The position numbers and the translations under genes were made by a program. DNA of 64,000 nucleotides from Auanema rhodensis (taxonomy: Eukaryota; Animalia; Nematoda), in NCBI GenBank assembly GCA_964057225.1, contig OZ059900.1:3968001-4032000 (forward strand), read 5' to 3'. The notes under the pieces are model-generated. The model saw nothing but the letters and a program-made list of their open reading frames with translations, did not search any database and had not been told where the DNA came from. Shown here piece after piece: positions 1-15,000 of the stretch (position 1 is its first letter; every line of letters starts with the position of its first letter).

Positions 1-3000
1 GTGTAGTAATGCTATTAGAGTGAAATTCAGTGATTTAAACATTATTAGTGTTTTCTTAATGACTTTTGTTGTCATAGACAATAAAACTATGCTTTTGATC
101 ATATATATGAGCGATTTAGCCAAATTGGACTCAAAACTCGGAAAATTCAAAAATTCTTTCTATTTTCGACCTTTTTTGATCAAAATGAATAAATATCAGT
201 GCAAACTCATAAAAATAGACTGATTTTGTGTATTGTGTGTTTGATTCTCAAATCGTAACAAATATGATCAAAATTTACGAGTATTACAGATTTTGTACCA
301 AAAATCGGTGAGTATATGGTGTTAGAGGCATAAAAACGACCATACTTAGTGTAGTAATGCTATTAGAGTGAAATTCAGTGATTTAAACATTATTAGTGTT
401 TTCTTAATGACTTTTGTTGTCATAGACAATAAAACTATGCTTTTGATCATATATATGAGCGATTTAGCCAAATTGGACTCAAAACTCGGAAAATTCAAAA
501 ATTCTGTCTATTTTCGACCTTTTTTGATCAAAATGAATAAATATTACTGCAAACTCATAAAAATAGACTGATTTTGTATATTGTGTGTTTGATTCTCAAA
601 TCGTAACAAATTTGATCAAAATTTACGAGTATCACAGAATTTGTTCCAAAAATCGGTGAGTATATGGTGTTAGAGGCATAAAAACGACCATACTTAGTGT
701 AGTAATGCTATTAGAGTGAAATTCAGTGATTTAAACATCATTAATGTTTAATTAATGACTTTTGTTGTCATAGACAATAAAACTATGCTTTTGATCATAT
801 ATATGAGCGATTTAGCCAAATTGGACTCAAAACTCGGAAATTTCAAAAATGCTTTCTATTTTCGACCTTTTTTGATCAAAACGAATAAATATCAGTGCAG
901 ACTCATGAAAATAGACTGATTTTGTGTATTGTGTGTTTGATTCTCAAATCGTAACAAATATGATCAAAATTTACGAGTATCACAGAATTTGTACCAAAAA
1001 TCGGTGAGTATATGGTGTTAAAGGCGAAAAACGACCATACTTAGTGTAGTAATGCTATTTGAGCGAAATTCAGTGATTTAAACATTATTAGTGTTTAATT
1101 AATGACTTTTGTTGTTATAGACAATAAAACTATGCTTTTGATCATATATATGAGCGATTTATACAAATTGGACTCAAAACTCGGAAAATTCAAAAATTCT
1201 GTCTATTATCGACCTTTTTTGATCAAAATGAATAAATATTAGTGCAAACTCATAAAAATAGACTGATTTTGTGTATTGTATGTTTGATTCTCGAATCTTA
1301 ACAAATATGATCAAAATTTACGAGTATCACAGAATTTGTACCAAAAATCGGTGAGTATATGGTGTTAAAGGCATAAAAATGACCATACTTAGTGTAGGAA
1401 TGCATTTTGAGCGAAATTCAGTGATTTAAACATCATTAGTGTTTATTTAATGACTTTTGTTGTTATAGACAATAAAACTATGCTTTTGATCATATATATG
1501 AGCGATTTAGCCAAATTGGACTCAAAACTCGGAAAATTCAAAAATTCTGTCTATTTTCGACCTTTTTTGATCAAAATGAATAAATATTAGTGCAAACTCA
1601 TAAAATTAGACTGATTTTGTGTATTGTGTGTTTGATTCTCAAATCGTAACAAATATGATCAAAATTTACGAGTATCACAGAATTTGTACCAAAAATCGGT
1701 GAGTATATGGTGTTAAAGGTAAAAAACGACCATACTTAGTGTAGTAATGCTATTTGAGCGAAATTCAGTGATTTAAACATCATTAGTGTTTAATCAGTGA
1801 CTTTTGTTGTCATAGAAAATAAAACTATGCTTTTGATCATAGATATGAGCGATTTAGCCAAATTGGACTCAAAACTCGGAAAATTCAAAAATTCTTTCTA
1901 TTTTCGACCTTTTTTGATCAAAATGAATAAATATCAGTGCAAACTTGTAAAAATAGACTTATTTCGTGTATTATGTGTTTGATTCTCAAATCTTAGCAAA
2001 TATGATCAAAATTTACAAGTATTACAGATTTTGTACCAAAAATCGGTGAGTATATGGTGTTAGAGGCATAAAAACGACCATACTTAGTGTAGTAATGCTA
2101 TTAGAGTGAAATTCAGTGATTTAAACATTATTAGTGTTCAATTAATGACTTTTGTTGTCATAGACAATAAAACTATGCTTTTGATCATATATATGAGCGA
2201 TTTAGCCAAATTGGACTCAAAACTCGAAAAATTCAAAAATTCTTTCTATTTTCGACCTTTTTTGATCAAAATGAATAAATATCAGTGCAAACTCATAAAA
2301 ATAGACTGATTTTGTGTATTGTATGTTTGATTCTCAAATCGTAACAAATTTGATCAAAATTTACGAGTATCACAGAATTTGTTCCAAAAATCGGTGAGTA
2401 TATGGTGTTAGAGGCATAAAAACGACCATACTTAGTGTAGTAATGCTATTAGAGTGAAATTCAGTGATTTAAACATTATTAGTGTATATTTGGAGACTTT
2501 CGTTATCACAGACAATAAAACTATGCTTTTGATCATAGATATGAGCGATTTAGCCAAATTAGACTCAAAACTCGGAAATTTCAAAAATTCTTTCTATTTT
2601 CGACCTTTTTTGATCAAAATGAATAAATATCAGTGCAAACTCGTAAAAATATACTGATTTTGTGTATTATGTGTTTGATTCTCGAATCTTAGCAAATATG
2701 ATCAAAATTTACAAGTATTACAGATTGTGTACCAAAAATCGGTGAGTATATGGTGTTAGAGGCATAAAAACGACCATACTTAGTGTAGTAATGCTATTAG
2801 AGTGAAATTCAGTGATTTAAACATTATTAGTGTTTAATTAATGACTTTTGTTGTTATAGACAATAAAACTATGCTTTTGATCATATATATGAGCGATTTA
2901 TACAAATTGGACTCAAAACTCGGAAAATTCAAAAATTCTGTCTATTTTCGACCTTTTTTGATCAAAATGAATAAATATTACTGCAAACTCATAAAAATAG

Positions 3001-6000
3001 ACTGATTTTGTATATTGTGTGTTTGATTCTCAAATCGTAACAAATTTGATCAAAATTTACGAGTATCACAGAATTTGTTCCAAAAATCGGTGAGTATATG
3101 GTGTTAGAGGCATAAAAACGACCATACTTAGTGTAGTAATGCTATTAGAGTGAAATTCAGTGATTTAAACATTATTAGTGTATATTTGGAGACTTTCGTT
3201 ATCACAGACAATAAAACTATGCTTTTGATCATAGATATGAGCGATTTAGCCAAATTGGACTCAAAACTCGGAAAATTCAAAAATTCTTTCTATTTTCGAC
3301 CTTTTTTGATCAAAATGAATAAATATCAGTGCAGACTCATGAAAATAGACTGATTTTGTGTATTGTGTGTTTGATTCTCAAATCGTAACAAATATGATCA
3401 AAATTTACGAGTATCACAGAATTTGTACCAAAAATCGGTGAGTATATGGTGTTAAAGGCAAAAAACGACCATACTTAGTGTAGTAATGCTATTAGAGTGA
3501 AATTCAGTGATTTAAACATTATTAGTGTTTTCTTAATGACTTTTGTTGTCATAGACAATAAAACTATGCTTTTGATCATATATATGAGCGATTTAGCCAA
3601 ATTGGACTCAAAACTCGGAAAATTCAAAAATTCTGTCTATTTTCGACCTTTTTTGATCAAAATGAATAAATATCAGTGCAAACTTGTAAAAATAGACTTA
3701 TTTCGTGTATTATGTGTTTGATTCTCGAATCTTAGCAAATATGATCAAAATTTACAAGTATTACAGATTTTGTACCAAAAATCGGTGAGTATATGGTGTT
3801 AGAGGCATAAAAACGACCATACTTAGTGTAGTTTTGCTATTAGAGTGAAATTCAGTGATTTAAACATTATTAGTGTTCAATTAATGACTTTTGTTGTCAT
3901 AGACAATAAAACTATGCTTTTGATCATATATATGAGCGATTTAGCCAAATTGGACTCAAAACTCGAAAAATTCAAAAATTCTTTCTATTTTCGACCTTTT
4001 TTGATCAAAATGAATAAATATCAGTGCAGACTCATGAAAATAAACTGATTTTGTGTATTGTGTGTTTGATTCTCAAATCGTAACAAATATGATCAAAATT
4101 TACGAGTATCACAGAATTTGTACCAAAAATCGGTGAGTATATGGTGTTAAAGGCAAAAAACGACCATACTTAGTGTAGTAATGCTATTAGAGTGAAATTC
4201 AGTGATTTAAACATTATTAGTGTTTTCTTAATGACTTTTGTTGTCATAGACAATAAAACTATGCTTTTGATCATATATATGAGCGATTTAGCCAAATTGG
4301 ACTCAAAACTCGGAAAATTCAAAAATTCTTTCTATTTTCGACCTTTTTTGATCAAAATGAATAAATATCAGTGCAAACTCATAAAAATAGACTGATTTTG
4401 TGTATTGTGTGTTTGATTCTCAAATCGTAACAAATATGATCAAAATTTACGAGTATTACAGATTTTGTACCAAAAATCGGTGAGTATATGGTGTTAGAGG
4501 CATAAAAACGACCATACTTAGTGTAGTAATGCTATTAGAGTGAAATTCAGTGATTTAAACATTATTAGTGTTTTCTTAATGACTTTTGTTGTCATAGACA
4601 ATAAAACTATGCTTTTGATCATATATATGAGCGATTTAGCCAAATTGGACTCAAAACTCGGAAAATTCAAAAATTCTGTCTATTTTCGACCTTTTTTGAT
4701 CAAAATGAATAAATATTACTGCAAACTCATAAAAATAGACTGATTTTGTATATTGTGTGTTTGATTCTCAAATCGTAACAAATTTGATCAAAATTTACGA
4801 GTATCACAGAATTTGTACCAAAAATCGGTGAGTATATGGTGTTAAAGGCAAAAAACGACCATACTTAGTGTAGTAATGCTATTAGAGTGAAATTCAGTGA
4901 TTTAAACATTATTAGTGTTTTCTTAATGACTTTTGTTGTCATAGACAATAAAACTATGCTTTTGATCATATATATGAGCGATTTAGCCAAATTGGACTCA
5001 AAACTCGGAAAATTCAAAAATTCTTTCTATTTTCGACCTTTTTTGATCAAAATGAATAAATATCAGTGCAAACTCATAAAAATAGACTGATTTTGTGTAT
5101 TGTGTGTTTGATTCTCAAATCGTAACAAATATGATCAAAATTTACGAGTATTACAGATTTTGTACCAAAAATCGGTGAGTATATGGTGTTAGAGGCATAA
5201 AAACGACCATACTTAGTGTAGTAATGCTATTAGAGTGAAATTCAGTGATTTAAACATTATTAGTGTTTTCTTAATGACTTTTGTTGTCATAGACAATAAA
5301 ACTATGCTTTTGATCATATATATGAGCGATTTAGCCAAATTGGACTCAAAACTCGGAAAATTCAAAAATTCTGTCTATTATCGACCTTTTTTGATCAAAA
5401 TGAATAAATATCAGTGCAAACTCATAAAAATAGACTGATTTTGTGTATTGTATGTTTGATTCTCAAATCGTAACAAATTTGATCAAAATTTACGAGTATC
5501 ACAGAATTTGTTCCAAAAATCGGTGAGTATATGGTGTTAGAGGCATAAAAACGACCATACTTAGTGTAGTAATGCTATTAGAGTGAAATTCAGTGATTTA
5601 AACATTATTAGTGTATATTTGGAGACTTTCGTTATCACAGACAATAAAACTATGCTTTTGATCATAGATATGAGCGATTTAGCCAAATTGGACTCAAAAC
5701 TCGGAAAATTCAAAAATTCTTTCTATTTTCGACCTTTTTTGATCAAAATGAATAAATATCAGTGCATACTTGTAAAAATAGACTTATTTCGTGTATTATG
5801 TGTTTGATTCTCGAATCTTAGCAAATATGATCAAAATTTACAAGTATTACAGATTTTGTACCAAAAATCGGTGAGTATATGGTGTTAGAGGCATAAAAAC
5901 GACCATACTTAGTGTAGTAATGCTATTAGAGTGAAATTCAGTGATTTAAACATTATTAGTGTTCAATTAATGACTTTTGTTGTCATAGACAATAAAACTA

Positions 6001-9000
6001 TGCTTTTGATCATATATATGAGCGATTTAGCCAAATTGGACTCAAAACTCGAAAAATTCAAAAATTCTTTCTATTTTCGACCTTTTTTGATCAAAATGAA
6101 TAAATATCAGTGCAAACTCATAAAAATAGACTGATTTTGTGTATTGTGTGTTTGATTCTCAAATCGTAACAAATATGATCAAAATTTACGAGTATTACAG
6201 ATTTTGTACCAAAAATCGGTGAGTATATGGTGTTAGAGGCATAAAAACGACCATACTTAGTGTAGTAATGCTATTAGAGTGAAATTCAGTGATTTAAACA
6301 TTATTAGTGTTTTCTTAATGACTTTTGTTGTCATAGACAATAAAACTATGCTTTTGATCATATATATGAGCGATTTAGCCAAATTGGACTCAAAACTCGG
6401 AAAATTCAAAAATTCTGTCTATTTTCGACCTTTTTTGATCAAAATGAATAAATATTACTGCAAACTCATAAAAATAGACTGATTTTGTATATTGTGTGTT
6501 TGATTCTCAAATCGTAACAAATTTGATCAAAATTTACGAGTATCACAGAATTTGTACCAAAAATCGGTGAGTATATGGTGTTAAAGGCAAAAAACGACCA
6601 TACTTAGTGTAGTAATGCTATTAGAGTGAAATTCAGTGATTTAAACATTATTAGTGTTTTCTTAATGACTTTTGTTGTCATAGACAATAAAACTATGCTT
6701 TTGATCATATATATGAGCGATTTAGCCAAATTGGACTCAAAACTCGGAAAATTCAAAAATTCTTTCTATTTTCGACCTTTTTTGATCAAAATGAATAAAT
6801 ATCAGTGCAAACTCATAAAAATAGACTGATTTTGTGTATTGTGTGTTTGATTCTCAAATCGTAACAAATATGATCAAAATTTACGAGTATTACAGATTTT
6901 GTACCAAAAATCGGTGAGTATATGGTGTTAGAGGCATAAAAACGACCATACTTAGTGTAGTAATGCTATTAGAGTGAAATTCAGTGATTTAAACATTATT
7001 AGTGTTTTCTTAATGACTTTTGTTGTCATAGACAATAAAACTATGCTTTTGATCATATATATGAGCGATTTAGCCAAATTGGACTCAAAACTCGGAAAAT
7101 TCAAAAATTCTGTCTATTTTCGACCTTTTTTGATCAAAATGAATAAATATTACTGCAAACTCATAAAAATAGACTGATTTTGTATATTGTGTGTTTGATT
7201 CTCAAATCGTAACAAATTTGATCAAAATTTACGAGTATCACAGAATTTGTTCCAAAAATCGGTGAGTATATGGTGTTAGAGGCATAAAAACGACCATACT
7301 TAGTGTAGTAATGCTATTAGAGTGAAATTCAGTGATTTAAACATCATTAATGTTTAATTAATGACTTTTGTTGTCATAGACAATAAAACTATGCTTTTGA
7401 TCATATATATGAGCGATTTAGCCAAATTGGACTCAAAACTCGGAAATTTCAAAAATGCTTTCTATTTTCGACCTTTTTTGATCAAAACGAATAAATATCA
7501 GTGCAGACTCATGAAAATAGACTGATTTTGTGTATTGTGTGTTTGATTCTCAAATCGTAACAAATATGATCAAAATTTACGAGTATCACAGAATTTGTAC
7601 CAAAAATCGGTGAGTATATGGTGTTAAAGGCGAAAAACGACCATACTTAGTGTAGTAATGCTATTTGAGCGAAATTCAGTGATTTAAACATTATTAGTGT
7701 TTAATTAATGACTTTTGTTGTTATAGACAATAAAACTATGCTTTTGATCATATATATGAGCGATTTATACAAATTGGACTCAAAACTCGGAAAATTCAAA
7801 AATTCTGTCTATTATCGACCTTTTTTGATCAAAATGAATAAATATTAGTGCAAACTCATAAAAATAGACTGATTTTGTGTATTGTATGTTTGATTCTCGA
7901 ATCTTAACAAATATGATCAAAATTTACGAGTATCACGGAATTTGTACCAAAAATCGGTGAGTATATGGTGTTAAAGGCATAAAAATGACCATACTTAGTG
8001 TAGGAATGCATTTTGAGCGAAATTCAGTGATTTAAACATCATTAGTGTTTATTTAATGACTTTTGTTGTTATAGACAATAAAACTATGCTTTTGATCATA
8101 TATATGAGCGATTTAGCCAAATTGGACTCAAAACTCGGAAAATTCAAAAATTCTGTCTATTTTCGACCTTTTTTGATCAAAATGAATAAATATTAGTGCA
8201 AACTCATAAAATTAGACTGATTTTGTGTATTGTGTGTTTGATTCTCAAATCGTAACAAATATGATCAAAATTTACGAGTATCACAGAATTTGTACCAAAA
8301 ATCGGTGAGTATATGGTGTTAAAGGTAAAAAACGACCATACTTAGTGTAGTAATGCTATTTGAGCGAAATTCAGTGATTTAAACATCATTAGTGTTTAAT
8401 CAGTGACTTTTGTTGTCATAGAAAATAAAACTATGCTTTTGATCATAGATATGAGCGATTTAGCCAAATTGGACTCAAAACTCGGAAAATTCAAAAATTC
8501 TTTCTATTTTCGACCTTTTTTGATCAAAATGAATAAATATCAGTGCAAACTTGTAAAAATAGACTTATTTCGTGTATTATGTGTTTGATTCTCGAATCTT
8601 AGCAAATATGATCAAAATTTACAAGTATTACAGATTTTGTACCAAAAATCGGTGAGTATATGGTGTTAGAGGCATAAAAACGACCATACTTAGTGTAGTA
8701 ATGCTATTAGAGTGAAATTCAGTGATTTAAACATTATTAGTGTTCAATTAATGACTTTTGTTGTCATAGACAATAAAACTATGCTTTTGATCATATATAT
8801 GAGCGATTTAGCCAAATTGGACTCAAAACTCGAAAAATTCAAAAATTCTTTCTATTTTCGACCTTTTTTGATCAAAATGAATAAATATCAGTGCAGACTC
8901 ATGAAAATAGACTGATATTGTGTATTGTGTGTTTGATTCTCAAATCGTAACAAATATGATCAAAATTTACGAGTATCACAGAATTTGTACCAAAAATCGG

Positions 9001-12000
9001 TGAGTATATGGTGTTAAAGGCAAAAAACGACCATACTTAGTGTAGTAATGCTATTAGAGTGAAATTCAGTGATTTAAACATTATTAGTGTTTTCTTAATG
9101 ACTTTTGTTGTCATAGACAATAAAACTATGCTTTTGATCAAATATATGAGCGATTTAGCCAAATTGGACTCAAAACTCGGAAAATTCAAAAATTCTTTCT
9201 ATTTTCGACCTTTTTTGATCAAAATGAATAAATATCAGTGCAAACTCATAAAAATAGACTGATTTTGTGTATTGTGTGTTTGATTCTCAAATCGTAACAA
9301 ATATGATCAAAATTTACGAGTATTACAGATTTTGTACCAAAAATCGGTGAGTATATGGTGTTAGAGGCATAAAAACGACCATACTTAGTGTAGTAATGCT
9401 ATTAGAGTGAAATTCAGTGATTGAAACATTATTAGTGTTTTCTTAATGACTTTTGTTGTCATAGACAATAAAACTATGCTTTTGATCATATATATGAGCG
9501 ATTTAGCCAAATTGGACTCAAAACTCGAAAAATTCAAAAATTCTTTCTATTTTCGACCTTTTTTGATCAAAATGAATAAATATCAGTGCAAACTCATAAA
9601 AATAGACTGATTTTGTGTATTGTATGTTTGATTCTCGAATCTTAACAAATATGATCAAAATTTACGAGTATCACAGATTTTGTACCAAAAATCGGTGAAT
9701 CTATGGTGTTAAAGGTATAAAAACGACCATACTTAGTGTAGTAATGCTATTTAAGCGAAATTCAGTGATTTAAACATCATTAATGTTTAATTAATGACTT
9801 TTGTTGTCATAGACAATAAAACTATGCTTTTGATCATATATATGAGCGATTTAGCCAAATTGGACTCAAAACTCGGAAATTTCAAAAATTCTTTCTATTT
9901 TCGACCTTTTTTGATCAAAATGAATAAATATCAGTGCAGACTCATGAAAATAGACTGATTTTGTGTATTGTGTGTTTGATTCTCAAATCGTAACAAATAT
10001 GATCAAAATTTACGAGTATCACAGAATTTGTACCAAAAATCGGTGAGTATATGGTGTTAAAGGCAAAAAACGACCATACTTAGTGTAGTAATGCTATTAG
10101 AGTGAAATTCAGTGATTTAAACATTATTAGTGTTTTCTTAATGACTTTTGTTGTCATAGACAATAAAACTATGCTTTTGATCATATATATGAGCGATTTA
10201 GCCAAATTGGACTCAAAACTCGGAAAATTCAAAAATTCTTTCTATTTTCGACCTTTTTTGATCAAAATGAATAAATATCAGTGCAAACTCATAAAAATAG
10301 ACTGATTTTGTGTATTGTGTGTTTGATTCTCAAATCGTAACAAATATGATCAAAATTTACGAGTATTACAGATTTTGTACCAAAAATCGGTGAATCTATG
10401 GTGTTAAAGGTATAAAAACGACCATACTTAGTGTAGTAATGCTATTAGAGTGAAATTCAGTGATTTAAACATTATTAGTGTTTTCTTAATGACTTTGTTG
10501 TCATAGACAATAAAACTATGCTTTTGATCATATATATGAGCGATTTAGCCAAATTGGACTCAAAACTCGAAAAATTCAAAAATTCTTTCTATTTTCGACC
10601 TTTTTTGATCAAAATGAATAAATATCAGTGCAAACTCATAAAAATAGACTGATTTTGTGTATTGTATGTTTGATTCTCGAATCTTAACAAATATGATCAA
10701 AATTTACGAGTATCACAGATTTTGTACCAAAAATCGGTGAATCTATGATGTTAAAGGTATAAAAACGACCATACTTAGTGTAGTAATGCTATTTAAGCGA
10801 AATTCAGTGATTTAAACATCATTAATGTTTAATTAATGACTTTTGTTGTCATAGACAATAAAACTATGCTTTTGATCATATATATGAGCGATTTAGCCAA
10901 ATTGGACTCAAAACTCGGAAATTTCAAAAATTCTTTCTATTTTCGACCTTTTTTGATCAAAATGAATAAATATCAGTGCAGACTCATGAAAATAGACTGA
11001 TTTTGTGTATTGTGTGTTTGATTCTCAAATCGTAACAAATATGATCAAAATTTACGAGTATCACAGAATTTGTACCAAAAATCGGTGAGTATATGGTGTT
11101 AAAGGCGAAAAACGACCATACTTAGTGTAGTAATGCTATTTGAGCGAAATTCAGTGATTTAAACATTATTAGTGTTTAATTAATGACTTTTGTTGTTATA
11201 GACAATAAAACTATGCTTTTGATCATATATATGAGCGATTTATACAAATTGGACTCAAAACTCGGAAAATTCAAAAATTCTGTCTATTATCGACCTTTTT
11301 TGATCAAAATGAATAAATATTAGTGCAAACTCATAAAAATAGACTGATTTTGTGTATTGTATGTTTGATTCTCGAATCTTAACAAATATGATCAAAATTT
11401 ACGAGTATCACAGAATTTGTACCAAAAATCGGTGAGTATATGGTGTTAAAGGCATAAAAATGACCATACTTAGTGTAGGAATGCATTTTGAGCGAAATTC
11501 AGTGATTTAAACATCATTAGTGTTTAATTAATGACTTTTGTTGTTATAGACAATAAAACTATGCTTTTGATCATATATATGAGCGATTTAGCCAAATTGG
11601 ACTCAAAACTCGGAAATTTCAAAAATTCTTTCTATTTTCGACCTTTTTTGATCAAAATGAATAAATATCAGTGCAGACTCATGAAAATAGACTGATTTTG
11701 TGTATTGTGTGTTTGATTCTCAAATCGTAACAAATATGATCAAAATTTACGAGTATCACAGAATTTGTACCAAAAATCGGTGAGTATATGGTGTTAAAGG
11801 CAAAAAACGACCATACTTAGTGTAGTAATGCTATTTGAGCGAAATTCAGTTATTTAAACATCATTAGTGTTTAATTAATGACTTTTAATGTTATAGACAA
11901 TAAAACTATGCTTTTGATCGTATATATGAGCGATTTATACAAATTGGACTCAAAACTCGGAAAATTCAAAAATTCTGTCTATTTTCGACCTTTTTTGATC

Positions 12001-15000
12001 AAAATGAATAAATATTAGTGCAAACTCATAAAAATAGACTGATTTTGTGTATTGTGTGTTTGATTCTCAAATCGTAACAAATATGATCAAAATTTACGAG
12101 TATCACAGAATTTGTACCAAAAATCGGTGAGTATATGGTGTTAAAGGCAAAAAACGACCATACTTAGTGTAGTAATGCTATTTGAGCGAAATTCAGTGAT
12201 TTAAACATCATTTGTGTTTAATTAATGACTTTTGTTGTCATAGACAATGAAACTATGCTTTTGATCATATATATGAGCGATTTAGCCAAATTGGACTCAA
12301 AACTCGGAAATTTAAAAAATTCTTTCTATTTTCGACCTTTTTTGATCAAAATGAATAAATATTAGTGCAAACTCGTAAAAATAGACTGATTTTGTGTATT
12401 GTGTGTTTGATTCTCGAATCTTAACAAATATGATCACATTTTACGAGTATTACAGATTTTGTACCAAAAATCGGTGAGTATATGGTGTTAAAGGCAAAAA
12501 ACGACCATACTTAGTGTAGTAATGCTATTTGAGCGAAATTCAGTGATTTAAACATCATTTGTGTTTAATCAGTGACTTTTGTTGTCATAGAAAATAAAAC
12601 TATGCTTTTGATCATATATATGAGCGATTTAGCCAAATTGGACTCAAAACTCGGAAAATTCAAAAATTCTTTCTATTTTCGACCTTTTTTGATCAAAATG
12701 AATAAATATCAGTGCAAACTCGTAAAAATAGACTGATTTTGTGTATTGTGTGTTTGATTCTCGAATCTTAACAAATATGATCACATTTTACGAGTATTAC
12801 AGATTTTGTACCAAAAATCGGTGAGTATATGGTGTTAATGGCATAAAAACGACCATACTTAGTGTAGGAATGCATTTTGAGCGAAATTCAGTGATTTAAA
12901 CATCATTTGTGTTTAATTAATGACTTTTGTTGTCATAGACAATGAAACTATGCTTTTGATCATATATATGAGCGATTTAGCCAAATTGGACTCAAAACTC
13001 GGAAATTTAAAAAATTCTTTCTATTTTCGACCTTTTTTGATCAAAATGAATAAATATTAGTGCAAACTCATAAAAATAGACTGATTTTGTGTATTGTATG
13101 TTTGATTCTCGAATCTTAACAAATATGATCAAAATTTACGAGTATCACAGAATTTGTACCAAAAATCGGTGAGTATATGGTGTTAAAGGCATAAAAATGA
13201 CCATACTTAGTGTAGGAATGCATTTTGAGCGAAATTCAGTGATTTAAACATCATTAGTGTTTAATCAGTGACTTTTGTTGTCATAGAAAATAAAACTATG
13301 CTTTTGATCATATATATGAGCGATTTAGCCAAATTGGACTCAAAACTCGGAAAATTCAAAAATTCTTTCTATTTTCGACCTTTTTTGATCAAAATGAATA
13401 AATATCAGTGCAAACTCGTAAAAATAGACTGATTTTGTGTATTGTGTGTTTGATTCTCAAATCGTAACAAATATGATCAAAATTTACGAGTATCACAGAA
13501 TTTGTACCAAAAATCGGTGAGTATATGGTGTTAAAGGCATAAAAATGACCATACTTAGTGTAGGAATGCATTTTGAGCGAAATTCAGTGATTTAAACATC
13601 ATTTGTGTTTAATTAATGACTTTTGTTGTCATAGACAATGAAACTATGCTTTTGATCATATATATGAGCGATTTAGCCAAATTGGACTCAAAACTCGGAA
13701 AATTCAAAAATTCTGTCTATTTTCGACCTTTTTTGATCAAAATGAATAAATATTAGTGCAAACTCATAAAAATAGACTGATTTTGTGTATTGTGTGTTTG
13801 ATTCTCAAATCGTAACAAATATGATCAAAATTTACGAGTATCACAGAATTTGTACCAAAAATCGGTGAGTATATGGTGTTAAAGGTAAAAAACGACCATA
13901 CTTAGTGTAGTAATGCTATTTGAGCGAAATTCAGTGATTTAAACATCATTAGTGTTTAATCAGTGATTTTTGTTGTCATAGAAAATAAAACTATGATTTT
14001 GATCATAGATATGAGCGATTTAGCCAAATTGGACTCAAAACTCGGAAAATTCAAAAATTCTTTCTATTTTCGACCTTTTTTGATCAAAATGAATAAATAT
14101 CAGTGCAAACTTGTAAAAATAGACTTATTTCGTGTATTATGTGTTTGATTCTCGAATCTTAGCAAATATGATCAAAATTTACAAGTATTACAGATTTTGT
14201 ACCAAAAATCGGTGAGTATATGGTGTTAGAGGCATAAAAACGACCATACTTAGTGTAGTAATGCTATTAGAGTGAAATTCAGTGATTTAAACATCATTTG
14301 TGTTTAATTAATGACTTTTGTTGTCATAGACAATGAAACTATGCTTTTGATCATATATATGAGCGATTTAGCCAAATTGGACTCAAAACTCGGAAATTTA
14401 AAAAATTCTTTCTATTTTCGACCTTTTTTGATCAAAATGAATAAATATTAGTGCAAACTCATAAAAATAGACTGATTTTGTGTATTGTATGTTTGATTCT
14501 CGAATCTTAACAAATATGATCAAAATTTACGAGTATCACAGAATTTGTACCAAAAATCGGTGAGTATATGGTGTTAAAGGCATAAAAATGACCATACTTA
14601 GTGTAGGAATGCAATTTGAGCGAAATTCAGTGATTTAAACATCATTAGTGTTTAAGTAATGACTTTTGTTGTTATAGACGATGAAACTATGATTTTGATC
14701 ATATATATGAGCGATTTAGCCAAATTGGACTCAAAACTCGGAAAATTCAAAAATTCTGTCTATTTTCGACCTTTTTTGATCAAAATGAATAAATATTAGT
14801 GCAAACTCATAAAAATAGACTGATTTTGTGTATTGTGTGTTTGATTCTCAAATCGTAACAAATATGATCAAAATTTACGAGTATCACAGAATTTGTACCA
14901 AAAATCGGTGAGTATATGGTGTTAAAGGTAAAAAACGACCATACTTAGTGTAGTAATGCTATTTGAGCGAAATTCAGTGATTTAAACATCATTAGTGTTT

